Assembly (NCBI RefSeq): GCF_006345805.1
Contig: NC_043017.1
Coordinates: forward strand, 24,366,001-24,430,000
Source: Octopus sinensis
Lineage: Eukaryota
DNA length: 64,000 bases
Direction: 5' to 3'
Part shown: one piece after another, positions 11,140 to 22,923 of the stretch
Layout of the letters: every line of letters starts with the position of its first letter
How positions within the stretch are numbered: the first letter of the stretch is position 1
Program-made: the position numbers and the translations under genes
Notes under the pieces: generated by a model
Database searches by the model: none
What the model saw: the letters and a program-made list of their open reading frames with translations, nothing else
What the model was told of the DNA's origin: nothing

Positions 11140-12407
11140 ACACACAAGCAACGGGTAAGTGCACGCACACGTGCATATGCCACATCAGAAAGGGATGATG
11201 CTAGCTTCCACTGACATTTCACACTGCACATGTGCAACCGGATATCAATTCCCGCCACCACCTTGAACTATTTTGATTATTATTGACAATGAAACCACTT
11301 TTCAAAACAATAATTTTATTTCAACAGAAATCATAATTTACTGTCGGAAAAGTACTCCTATTTATCCAGTACATTGTAGTATATATTATATGTGCGTGCA
11401 GAAATAACACATATGATCAGCATCACTGACTTGTGATCTACACTAGGTATTTTTCACAAATGTTTTTTTCTCATCATTCAATCATTTCTTTTTCCTTTCG
11501 TTCCTATAAATTTTGTTGAATATGACGAATTAGGGCGTAATTTTGAAGATTTGGGGCATCTATAAAAACATGATGGTTTCCTTAAAATAGTGAAATGCAA
11601 TCGAAACATTGTTTACTGCGGACGTAACAAACATAGAAAGTCCATAATTTCTCGTGACTTTTTACACCTGACGAATAATGTTCTTTTTTCTTAGTCCTAT
11701 GTTTAATTACTCCAAGTCGCCCAAATTGGGAGGAGATCCCTTTTCCTGTAATATTTGTACATCAACAATGGTAGTATTGGGGGTGTGATTGTAAAAATTT
11801 ACTGTATTTTATTTGCCTGTAGTCTGTGATTTATATAATTTTAATAACATGTTTTAAAATTGAAATACCGACGTAAATGTTACAGTTTATCACTATAGAA
11901 ATGTAGTAAATTTTCCACAGTTGAATCTACATTTAAGTATCCCACTCCATGTCTTATACTGTTTCTCTATTATTTCAGAAATATCTGATGACATTTGCAT
12001 GAAAATAATTCTAACTTCAGATGTATCATGGATATTTATCATCTTTTAAAAAGTAAAGGAAGATGTTACACAGAATGGATATAATGCCGTTTCTATAAAT
12101 TTGTGATGGAATTGGTGTGAAATATTTCTTATTGTGACCTGAGATCATTTGCAAAATTCTTCTGCTTCCTTGTTTGTTCAAGAGTTGATGGTTTTCTAGT
12201 TAACCATGGATAAATTTTCACAGGAGTTTGCAGTATCTTCAGACATAAACAAAGATCAAGTTTTATGGAAATTTAGCAGTAGATATAATTTTTGATTTGA
12301 TGATTTTTCCAGTTTCAGCTCATGAGCTGTGGCAATGCTAGGGCACCGCCATAATTGCTAAGAAAATACAATAAAAAAAAAAACGAAGTTGTCAGTGAAG
12401 TATAATT

Positions 12408-13931
12408 ATGGAAAAAGAATTCTGTGGGAAACCAATTGAAATTAAAACAGAGACTGGAAGCATTGATTTTGCTGATGAGATGCTGAAAGAGATAAAAGAA
12501 GGATCATATACCTGTGATATCTGTAAAAAGTTATTCACTCATAAAAGCCACCTAACTGATCACAAACGTATTCATACAGGAGAAAATCTATATCGTTGTG
12601 ATATGTGTAGTAAACCATTCTCTACAAGTGGTGCCTTAAACACTCACAAACGCATTCATGCAGGAGATACACCATATCACTGTAATATCTGTGGTACATC
12701 ATTCACTCAGAAATGTCACCTAACTGGACACAAACGAATCCATACAGGAGAGACATCATATCATTGTGACATTTGTGGTAAAACATTTTCTACAAATGAT
12801 ACTTTAAATACACACAAATGTATTTATACAGGAGAAAAACCATATGATTGTGATATCTGTGGTAAAGCATTCTCTACAAGCAGTACATTAAGTACTCACA
12901 AACGTATTCACACAGGAGAGAAACCGTATCACTGCGATATCTGTGGTAAATCATTCACTGAAAGTGGTACTTTAAATACTCACAAACGCATTCATACAGG
13001 AGAGAAACCATACCACTGTAGTATCTGTGGTAAATCATTCTCTCACAGACGTTCCCTAACATATCACAGAAATATCCATACAGGAGAAAGACCATATCAC
13101 TGTGATATTTGTGGTAAATCTTTCCCAGACAGAAGTAAACTAAAGAGACACATATATGTTCATACAGGAGAAAAACCCTATAGCTGTAATATCTGTGGAA
13201 AATCGTTCAGTCAAAATGATGACTTAAATAAACACATACGGATTCATACAGGTGAAAAGCCATATCACTGTGATATCTGTGGTAAATCTTGCTCTCAAAG
13301 TAGTGACTTGATTAAACATAAGCGTGTTCATACAGGAGAGAAACCATATAACTGCGATATCTGTGGTAAATCTTTCTCTGAAAGTAGTGCCTTGCATATA
13401 CACCGGCGTATTCATACAGGAGAGACACCATATCACTGTGATATCTGTGGTAAATCATTTTCTGATGGTAGCACCTTAATTCACCATAAACGGATTCATA
13501 CAGGAGAAAAACCGTTTCACTGTGATATCTGTGGTAAATCTTTCTCTAAAAGTAGTGATTTAACTAAGCATAAGCGTGTTCATACAGGAGAAAAACCATA
13601 TCACTGTGATATCTGTGGTAAATGTTGTTCTAGAAGTAGTGCCTTACTTATACATATGCGTATCCATACAGGAGAAAAGCCATATCAGTGTGATATCTGT
13701 GGCCAGTCATTCTCCAGGAATACAAGCTTAAATCTACACAAACGTACTCATACAAGTGAAAAACCATATCACTGTGTTCTTTGTGGAGAATCATTCTCTC
13801 AAAGAAGCAACTTGTCTAGACACAAGTATGTTCATAAAGCAGAGAAGTTGTTTCTCTGTGATATTTGTGGTGAATCATTCTCTAGAAATTTTCAGTTAAC
13901 TAGACACAAACATCTTCATACACAGGAGTGA
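12408..13931 (+). CDS. C2H2 zinc-finger protein, 17 tandem fingers, 507 aa, no KRAB or other effector domain
   Basis: Intact ORF of 84-bp units, YxCxxCGKSF...HxRxH with TGEKP linkers; finger 4 lacks its last His. Upstream acceptor TTATTTCAG at ~11978; AATAAA at 14111. Confidence 0.96.
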   Translation: MEKEFCGKPIEIKTETGSIDFADEMLKEIKEGSYTCDICKKLFTHKSHLTDHKRIHTGENLYRCDMCSKPFSTSGALNTHKRIHAGDTPYHCNICGTSFTQKCHLTGHKRIHTGETSYHCDICGKTFSTNDTLNTHKCIYTGEKPYDCDICGKAFSTSSTLSTHKRIHTGEKPYHCDICGKSFTESGTLNTHKRIHTGEKPYHCSICGKSFSHRRSLTYHRNIHTGERPYHCDICGKSFPDRSKLKRHIYVHTGEKPYSCNICGKSFSQNDDLNKHIRIHTGEKPYHCDICGKSCSQSSDLIKHKRVHTGEKPYNCDICGKSFSESSALHIHRRIHTGETPYHCDICGKSFSDGSTLIHHKRIHTGEKPFHCDICGKSFSKSSDLTKHKRVHTGEKPYHCDICGKCCSRSSALLIHMRIHTGEKPYQCDICGQSFSRNTSLNLHKRTHTSEKPYHCVLCGESFSQRSNLSRHKYVHKAEKLFLCDICGESFSRNFQLTRHKHLHTQE

Positions 13932-14217
13932 CCATATCAGAGAGATATTTTTTGGCTACTCCTTCTCTGGACCACACCTCCAAGTTGTTAGTCTTGAAAT
14001 TTTATTCATTAAGGGACATTATGCAAATATAATGATGGTTATTGTTTTACTGCCAAAAGAAAACAAATATTTCAGCAATATTACCAAACTGATTATTTGG
14101 ACAGAGAGGCAATAAATGATTTTTGCAAGTAAGAGTGATAGTTGTAAAATGTAATGGCAATATTTCTGTGAAGAAGGAATTGTGGAACAGTGAAGAAAAA
14201 GGGAGGGCAGGTAGATA

Positions 14218-14616
14218 TCTTTATATATAAAAGAGAAGTTGTGTGTCTGTCTCCTACGATTTAGATTCCTAACTACTCCCACATTTTGCGGTGCAGTTTA
14301 ACCAAAACCGGGTATCTTATAGTCGTGATTCATATCGAGCCCTTCTGGGTATTAGTGCGCGTCTATGATGGGTCTTCGATTTAAAAAGAAATTTACCATC
14401 ATTTTTTTTCCATTTTAATGCATTTTTTCGCCATTATATAAGGGAAGTAACTCTCTAAAAATGTCTACGATGAGTCAACGATTTAAAAAAAAATTTACTA
14501 TAATTTTTTTTCCATTTTTAATGCATTTTTTTGCTATTTTTTGGCTATAACTCTCTAAAAATGCTTATATAGTTATTTCCCTTACAAACCCGAGCAACGC
14601 CGGGCGATACTGCTAG
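14218..14616 (+). mobile_element. Non-autonomous Helitron
   Basis: Inserted between A and T; 5' TCTTTATATATAAAAG; subterminal hairpin CCCGAGCAACGCCGGG; 3' CTAG; internal ~120-bp duplication. Confidence 0.85.
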
Positions 14617-15047
14617 TATGTTTATATATATTCATCACCATCATCCGATGTTTTAAATCCAGGTTTTGTCCCCGTTAACAGGGGTGACCAGATCTACCTC
14701 AATGCCATAGCAACCGAGGTAGGCAGGTGCAGCCCACCCCCAACCTTTGTGCTGGCTGGTGCCCATTCTCCTTTGCTATCATGAGGCTTTTTTTGCAGCT
14801 GGATTTTCTACGGGGAGCAAGCCCTTGCTTACCCCCAACCTCAGTTTCTAGACATGAGTGGTCCCAGGGACCAAGGCCTCTACCACAATTTTTAAGAAAT
14901 GTGGTGGGAAACTAGCTTAGGAAGGTAGGGATGCTACTCCCTGAGACCCCTTTCAGAGCCTCCCCCCCTACCATTTCAAACAATATATTAATGTTTGAAA
15001 TTTGGACTCATGACCAGTAATTTTGAGGGAAGAGTTGCGTCAATTAC

Positions 15048-15265
15048 TATTTCTTTACTACCCACAAGGGGCTAAACACAGAGGAGACAAACGGATTAAG
15101 TCGATTATATTGACCCCAGTGCGTAACTGGTACTTATTTAATCGACCCTGAAAGGATGAAAGGCAAAGTTGACCTCGGCAGAATTTGAACTCAGAACGTA
15201 ACCGCAGACGAAATACTGCTAAGCATTTCGCCCGGCGTGCTAACGATTCTACCAGCTCGCCGCCT
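15048..15265 (-). mobile_element. SINE family 2, full length
   Basis: Same sequence as unit 3 at 9690-9924; another copy at 22110-22342. Confidence 0.88.
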
Positions 15266-16621
15266 TACATCTATTACATTGACTCCAGTGCTCAACTGGT
15301 ATTTATTTTATCAACTCTGAAATGATGGAGGGCGAAGTCAACCCCACCAGTATTGCAGTCCAGCAAGTAAAGTCAGAAGAAAAGTTACTAAGCATTTTAT
15401 CTATCGCTGTCATGCTTCTGCTAGCTTGCCGCCTTTATCTTTATATATTATAATATCTGTATCTGATATCTCGTTTATCATCTGATTGTAAATACAAATA
15501 ATAATGATAATAATAAAAATGAAAGTAAAATAAGTTTTTCACATGATGACAGCTGAAAAGCATGTTCTTCAGAATTTCTGTTTTTAAAGTGTGGTACATA
15601 TGTATGTGTGTGTGTGTATTATACACACCAACAAATGTATGTGTCCATAATTAATTCTGTCATTAGATACTCTCCTTAATATCTTCTAACGATGATCAGC
15701 TCTCGCTTGGATTTACACACACTCTCTCCATACCTAAAGAAATACTCCAAAAAATTTAACTGAAATAAACAAAAAACACACACCGGCTCTTAAGTTACTT
15801 TCCTCTTCTCCCGCAACCCCCAACATTACACATATACTATCACTACACACATTCAAACCCCCACAAGAATACCAACTGCTAAACCATACATTTCCAGAAA
15901 ACTTGTTGCTTTACAACACTCCAGAGACAGGTTGATGCCAAGGAGTGTAACTTTTAGCCTATCCTTCAGATCATTGTGTTGTCATTTTTCACAGCAGCCA
16001 CAAACTGGTCCTCCAACAATAGAGGACAGCATATTTCCATAACTACCAACTCTGGAGAGCATAGGGTTACATAAGCAGACTGTTACCTAACATCCTGTTG
16101 ATGCCCTAGTATGAAACCAATTTGTAAGAGGGTTTATAAAAGATATATATAATACTGTACACTTGCCCCTACATACACACACACACAATACCTATACAAA
16201 TGCTCCAAAGATTTTAACCAAATAAACAAAAAACATGCTGATGCCTTTGGCTGCCCCCACCCCACCCCCAAAACACGCTACATATAGAACCACTGTACCC
16301 ATTCCAATTCTACAAAAACAGCAACCCTAAAGCATAAACACTTTTCCAGAAAAACTCGTCACCTTGCAACACCCCCAGAAATGTTTCAGTGCCTGGACTT
16401 AATTCTTGCTCAGTTTGTTTCATCATCTTTTCACAGACGTGCCTTTTCACTTCCAATAATAGAGAGCAGTTGCCCTATTTCATTCTATAACTATCATCTC
16501 TGAAGTGCACAGGGTTACATAATCAGGCTGTTGCATAACACTGAACAACTTGTGCGAAACCAATTAGTAAGATTGGCCATAATGTATATATAATACTGTA
16601 CACTTTGATATATATATATAA

Positions 16622-16992
16622 AGGCGCAGGAGTGGCTGTGTGGTAAGTAGCTTGCTTACCAACCACATGGTTCCAGGTTCAGTCCCACTGCGTGGCATCT
16701 TGGGCAAGTGTCTTCTGCTATGGCCTCGGGCCGACCAAAGCCTTGTGAGTGTATTTGGTAGACGGAAACTGAAAGAAGCCCATCGTTTGTGTGTCTGTGT
16801 TTGTCCCTCTAGCATTGTTTGACAACCGATGCTGGTGTGTTTATGTCCCCGTTACTTAGCGGTTCGGCAAAATACACCGAAAGAATAAGTACTGGGCTTG
16901 CAAAGAATAAGTCCCGGGGTCGAGTTGCTCGATTAAAAGGCGGTGCTCCAGCATGGCCGCAGTCAAATGACTGAAACAAGTAAAAGAGTAAA
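16622..16992 (+). mobile_element. SINE family 1, full length
   Basis: AGGCGCAGGAGTGGCTGTGTGG head through to the GTAAAAGAGTAAA tail. Confidence 0.9.
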
Positions 16993-17331
16993 TGGTTAAA
17001 ACTATTGAGAAGATGGAGGAATAATAAAAGGAAGAAGTTAGTCATTTGCACTAGTAAGACATTAATTTAATTAATTAATGAAGAACAGTGGTAGTAATAG
17101 TACATTTACGATTGTTCCTGCTTACCAGCTGTGGTGGTAGATGCAGCTAATTACCAGGAGCACCTTTGGATTTAACCATCCCTTAGAGGTTTTAAACACC
17201 TCTAACTTATACCTACATATATATATATGGGTGTACCTATACGAATGTGCCATTCCACTCACTAATTATTGTTTCCGCATGTTTTGCAAGAGAATGGGTA
17301 TATTTTAATGAAATTTTCTCCTAAACAATAC

Positions 17332-17717
17332 AGGCGCAGGAGTGGCTTTGTGGTAAGTAGCTTGCTAACCAACCGCATGGTTCCGGGTTCAGTCCCACTG
17401 CGTGGCATCTTGGGCAAGTGTCTTCTGCTATAGCCCCAGGCCGACCAATGCCTTGTGAGTGGATTTGGTAGACGGAAATTGAAAGAAGCCTGTCGTATAT
17501 ATATATGTGTTTGTGTGTCTGTTTGTCCCCCTAGCATTGCTTGACAACCGATGCTGGTGTGTTTACGTCCCCGTCACTTAGCGGTTTGGCAAAAGAGACC
17601 GATAGAATAAGTACTGGGCTTACAAAGAATAAGTCTCGGGGTTGAGTTGTTTGACTAGAGGCGGTGCTCCAGCATGGCCGCAGTCAAACGACTGAAACAA
17701 GTAAAAGAGAGTAAAGA
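17332..17717 (+). mobile_element. SINE family 1, full length
   Basis: Same head and tail as the 16622 copy. Confidence 0.9.
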
Positions 17718-18563
17718 GGCATAAGCATGGCTGTGTGGTAAGGAGTTTGCTTCCCATCCACATGGTTTTTGGTTCAATCCCACTGTGTGTAATGATTCAT
17801 ATGAGAGGTAGAAAAATATTAGTTGAACTGGCCCTTTATTTCATTGTTACATTGTAAGATACAAATTCTTGAATTTGTTGTGATAGATTACTTGCTGTTT
17901 TGTTATGCATTCTGTAGGCAGTTAAATTCATCTTTTGTTGACTGCAGGGTGGATGAATAGGAAAGAGAAAAGGTAAAAGAATTTGCCTCTCCATGTTGAC
18001 AAGTAGAGATGGTGAAAGTTGTGTAGTCACATGGTTACAGTCCATGAGTTAAGGAAGCAAAATAGAGATGTACCTTTTGGGGGCTGGTGCACAGCAAAAA
18101 TTGGTAAAATCAATTTTGGGTTCTGTAATCATATTTTTTCTCAGTCTTTTAAGAACTGTGGTGGGAAACTAGCTTAGGAAGGTAGGGATGCTACTCCCTG
18201 AGACCCCTTTCAGAGCCCCCCACCTACCATTTCAAACAATATATTATTGTTTGAAATTTGGACACATGGCCAGCAATTTTGAGGGAAGAGTTAGGTCAAT
18301 TACATTGACCCCAGTATTTTCCATCTCCTCTCCCTTGACCTAAGTTTGACTTGAAAAGTTTATTGGTTATACAAATGAATCTCATAACTTTCAGTGCAAA
18401 AGTTGAGAACAATAGACAGGAACTGGTAGAAAAAAAAATCAAGGCTGGATTTCAAATCTTGGAATCTACTTGTTATGCACATATATATATTTATTTCGTT
18501 GTTGCCCACAGGGGGCTAAACATAGAGGGGACAGACAAAGGGATTAAGTTGATTACATTGATC

Positions 18564-18965
18564 CCAGAAAACTGGGAAAGATATCTCGATGACTGCTTTA
18601 TCATTTGGAATGAGACCATTGATAAACTTTCGGAATTTAAATAAATACTAAATAGTATAAATCCGAGCATTCAGTTTACAATGGAATATAGCAGAGAACA
18701 ATTCCCTTTCTTAGGATATTCTGAGAAAAAAGTCAACAACCAAATTGTAACCAGCATTTATCATAAACCAATGGACTCAAAGCAATATCTTCAGTTGAGT
18801 TACTGCCACCTGAAACACCGCAAAAGAAATATTCCTTTTAATTTAGTAAAAAGGATTTGCACAAAACTGTCTGATGAAAATACTCAGGACCTCAGAACAA
18901 CACTGACAACGCTATCTGCCCTCACTTATAGACGATGGAATTAAACGTGCCAAGAAAATAGACAT
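18564..18965 (+). mobile_element. Penelope-like element, RT/thumb fragment (decayed)
   Basis: WERYLDDCFIIW, LNSINPSIQFTME, FPFL, IYHKPMDSKQYL, CH.KH.KRNIPFNL.KRIC; one in-frame stop. Confidence 0.85.
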
Positions 18966-19119
18966 TAAAATACCCTGAATTCATGAAGTCAACATCAGTG
19001 AGATTAGAAATCAGAATATAACTCAACACAACCAAATACTGCAAGGCTTTTAGTTTATTTTACATTTCATAGTATTGATTTTATTAGTCCAGGGATCTCA
19101 CCTGCCCTAAAGGGAATAA

Positions 19120-20516
19120 TTGTTTCAAATTCAGGCCAGCAAAATTTCAGCAAGGACCCAAGTGCTTAAATGGTACATTTAAAAAAAAAAAAAAAAAAAA
19201 TTTTATTTATTGACCCTGAAATGATGAAAGGCAGTATTTGAACCCGCATTGTAAAGAACTGCAACAAATGCTTCTAAGCATTTTGTTTAACATATCAATG
19301 ATTCTGCCAGTTCACTGACTTTGGAATATTAATCCTTTCTACAACAGACGCAAGACCTGAAATTTGTAATAACATTAATAATAATGGTTTTGTAGCGGTC
19401 TCTGATATCCTCACTGTTTGAGAGACACAGCAGGAATGAGATATTTCGCGCCACATGTCAACCAATCAGGTTAGTGGTTACAACAGGAACAACTCGGCCA
19501 AAGATGGCTGTAATCTCAAACGAGATCATTCCTGCCGTGTCTCAAACAGTGAGGATATCAGAGACCGCTACAGTTTCAAATTTTGGCACATGGTCAGCAG
19601 GCTTTAAGGAGGAACTCTGTCAATAAAACTGACCCCAATGTTCCACTAGTACTTATTTTATTGACCCCAAAAGGGATGTAAGGCAAAGTTGACCCTGGTG
19701 ACATTCGAACTCAGAAAGTGAAGATGGATGCAATACCATGAAGCATTTCACCTCAGTAGTAGTAACAACAATAATAATCCTTTCTACTTGAGGAACAAGG
19801 CCTGAAATTTTGTAGGGGACTAGTTGATTACATCATCCCCAGTGTTTCACTGATACTTAATTCATAGACCCCGAAAGGATGAAAGGCAAAGTCAACATTG
19901 GTGGAATTTGAACTAAGAACATAAAGGAGGGCTGAAATACCGCTAAGCATTTTACCCAGCGTGTTAATGATTCTGCCAAATCATAGCCTTCAATAACAAT
20001 AACAATCCTTTCTATTATAGGCACAAGACCTGAAATTTTTTTTTGGGGGGGGGGACAAGTCGATTACATCGACCCCAAAGTTCAACTGGTAGTTACTTTA
20101 TTGACCCCCGAAAGGGAGGAAAGTCGATCCTGGCAACATTTGAACTCAAAACATAGACAGATGAAACACTTCTATGTATTTTGCCTGGTAGGCTAACAAT
20201 TCTGCTAGCTCACCACCTTGAATAATAATAATAATAATAATAACAATAATAATAATGATGATTTCAAATTTTGGCAGAAGGCCAGCAATTTCAGAGAAGT
20301 GGGTAAGTCAATTAATTCCACCCCAGTGTTCAACTGGTACTTATTTTATTGATTCTGAAGGGAACAAAAGGCAAAGTTGACCCCGACTTTATTGACCCTG
20401 AAAGGGATGAAAGGCCAAGTCAGTCCTGGCAACATTTGAACTCAGAACGTAAAGACAGATGAAACACTTCTAAGCATTTTGCTGGGTAGGCTAACAATTC
20501 TGCCAGCTCAACACCT

Positions 20517-20550
<34 letters not shown>

Positions 20551-20820
20551 TGATGATGATGATTTCAAATTTTGGCAGAAGGCCAGCAATTTCAGAGAAG
20601 TGGGTAAGTCAATTAATTCCACCCCGGTGTTCAACTGGTACTTATTTTATTGATTCTGAGGGGGATAAAAGGCAAAGTTGACCCCGACTTTATCGACCCT
20701 GAAAGGGATGAAAGGCCAAGTCAGTCCTGGCAACATTTGAACTCAGAACGTAGAGACAGATGAAACACTTCTAAGCATTTTGCCTGGAGTGCTAGCAATT
20801 CTCTCAGCTTGCCATCTTAG
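19120..20820 (-). mobile_element. Head-to-tail stack of SINE family 2 variants with (TTA)n tails
   Basis: About 7-8 co-oriented copies or fragments separated by (AAT)n. The last two (~20221 and ~20521) are a ~300-bp tandem duplication. Confidence 0.85.
19391..19572. mobile_element. Ginger-like MITE (TGT...ACA termini, 4-bp TSD)
   Basis: At least 32-bp perfect TIR (TGTAGCGGTCTCTGATATCCTCACTGTTTGAG); GTTT duplicated at 19387-19390 and 19573-19576. The superfamily is inferred from termini and TSD only. Confidence 0.7.
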
Positions 20821-20989
20821 TTATAATAATGATTTATAACAAGAAGACCAGGGGAGAAACTATTGATGAAGTTTATTTTATCAGAATATATTTATTATTT
20901 TTTTTTTCCCAAACCCAGTATATTATCAACTTCATGTGTGTTGGGACTAAGTGCCAATATGTTTTATTAAAACATATTTGCAAAGTCGG

Positions 20990-21330
20990 GGGACAGCACA
21001 GCTCCCATGACTTCAGGAAACATTTTTTCACGCTGAGAGTTGCTGAAGCATGGAACAGGCTGCCGGCATCGGTTGTTGGTTGTCGGAGCGCTGCATCCTT
21101 CGGGACTTCCATGCTTTCTGGGATTCACCAACACTGCACCTGATTTTCTCAAAACTTCCATGCTTTCTGAGATTCGCTGACACTGCACCTGATTTTCTCC
21201 CCTCCATACATACACAAGCATGTGTCTGACTCATGCATTGTTTGCTTTCCAGACATTTGTACATTACTGCATATACTCTGACAAGTTGTGGTGCACCTGA
21301 GCACTGTATACAACAATTTCATTATTATTA
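20990..21330 (+). mobile_element. CR1-like LINE 3' end
   Basis: HSSHDFRKHFFTLRVAEAWNRLPASVV; internal ~45-bp duplication; terminal GTGCACCTGAGCACTGTA and (ATT)n shared with the 37.6-kb copy. Confidence 0.85.
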
Positions 21331-21709
21331 TAAAAACACATCTCGGGTCACCAAAGGATGGAAACTGCTTTTTAATATATGGTATATACATGTGTGTATC
21401 TCTTTGTGTTTGTCCTCTGCTGCTGCTCTTCATCCGGTGTTGGCTTGTTTACGCTCCCCCCTCCCCACAACTTAGCAGTTTGGCAAGAGAATCAATGGAG
21501 TAAATACCAGCCATAAAAGAAGAAAGAAAAAAAAAGAAATTACTGGGGGTCGATTTGGTTTGAGGAAACTCTTCAGGATAGTGCCCCAGCATGGCCGTGC
21601 TCCACTGACTGAAAGAAAAGATAAAGACATGCATTCATTCATTCACCATCGTATGTTGGCTCTTCAAGTTTATTTGGAGGCAAATTTCCCCCTTGGACTA
21701 CACCTTTAA

Positions 21710-21930
21710 CCCTTTAGCATTTAAACCGGCCATATCCGGCCAAAGGTATTCTGCCTGTTTTATGTTCAAACTGGCCAGATCTGGCCTCTCACACCAACCC
21801 TACAATATCATCTTAAAAGTTAACAGCTACCTCATCAAAATCTCATAGCTACAAGATAATGCATGATTAGTTCAAAACAATGTGGATGGAAAAGCATTAG
21901 TTTCGGCAGAATAATGTGAACACTAAAGGG
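21710..21930. mobile_element. piggyBac-type MITE, TTAA TSD
   Basis: TTAA|CCCTTTAG...CTAAAGGG|TTAA, 221 bp. A degenerate reverse relative lies at ~45070-45220. Confidence 0.85.
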
Positions 21931-22109
21931 TTAAAAAAAGAAAGACATTATATGATGATAAACTCGTAGACACCTCCAGCATCATACAGTTGCACGCACG
22001 CATGCACACACACACAAATCATTATCTCTTTTAATGACTTGTAGGCACACGGTATTTTGTTATGCAACCGAAGTATGCTACAAAATATATTAAACCTTCT
22101 TATAAGCCA

Positions 22110-22342
22110 ATACCTATTTCTTTATTACCCACAAGGGGCTAAACACAGAGGAGACAAACAAGGACAGACATAGGTATTAAGTCGATTACATCGACCCCAG
22201 TTCGTAACTGGTATTTAATTTATCGACCCTGAAAGGATGAAAAGCAAAGTCGACCTCGGCGGAATTTGAACTCACAACGTAACGCAGACGAAATACCGCT
22301 AAGCATTTCGCCCGGCATGCTAACGTTTCTGCCAGCTCACCT
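22110..22342 (-). mobile_element. SINE family 2
   Basis: Near-identical to the 15048 copy. Confidence 0.88.
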
Positions 22343-22877
22343 TCTTACTGTGTTAGCAGTGCATTTAAATCACAGGTTATCTCTTTGTCTACAAACTCTC
22401 AAGTTCTGTACAATTTAAATTTTCTTTTCAGCTGAAAAATGTATCCACAAACACAACATAGGAGTGAGGAAAAGAAATACTGTTCTTATTATTAATGAAG
22501 CCCAAGCAATTTTATTTCTCAGGAACTGTTTCGAAATGTCTTTTTAAGAGAATATAAATTTGTGCAAAATGAATTCAGTTCATTTGCGGACACAAAGCGA
22601 TTATTAGAAAATAGAACTACTTCACAGATAGGAATCAGCTCTAAGCCTCTTCTTTCTTTGTTTCTCACCAATTTCTTTTTTGTGTAGATTTATTTTATTT
22701 TAGTTTAGTTTTTTTTATTCATTTGTTGTTCAGATGTTGAAATGAAAACAGAAAAAATATAAATATTAACAGTTACGCACACAGATATATATATATATAC
22801 ATCTATATATAAACACATTTACTCTCACAAATGTGCATTCACATTTATGCAAACGTAAAGAAAAACTACTCAAACCG

Positions 22878-22879
<2 letters not shown>

Positions 22880-22923
<44 letters not shown>

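Noticed and set aside
14945-14960. Histone stem-loop-like GACCCCTTTCAGAGCC (also 18202-18217), tempting beside FLASH
   Set aside because: The 5' arm differs from GGCTCT, so three of six pairs fail. There is no histone ORF upstream, and it lies in a duplicated block.
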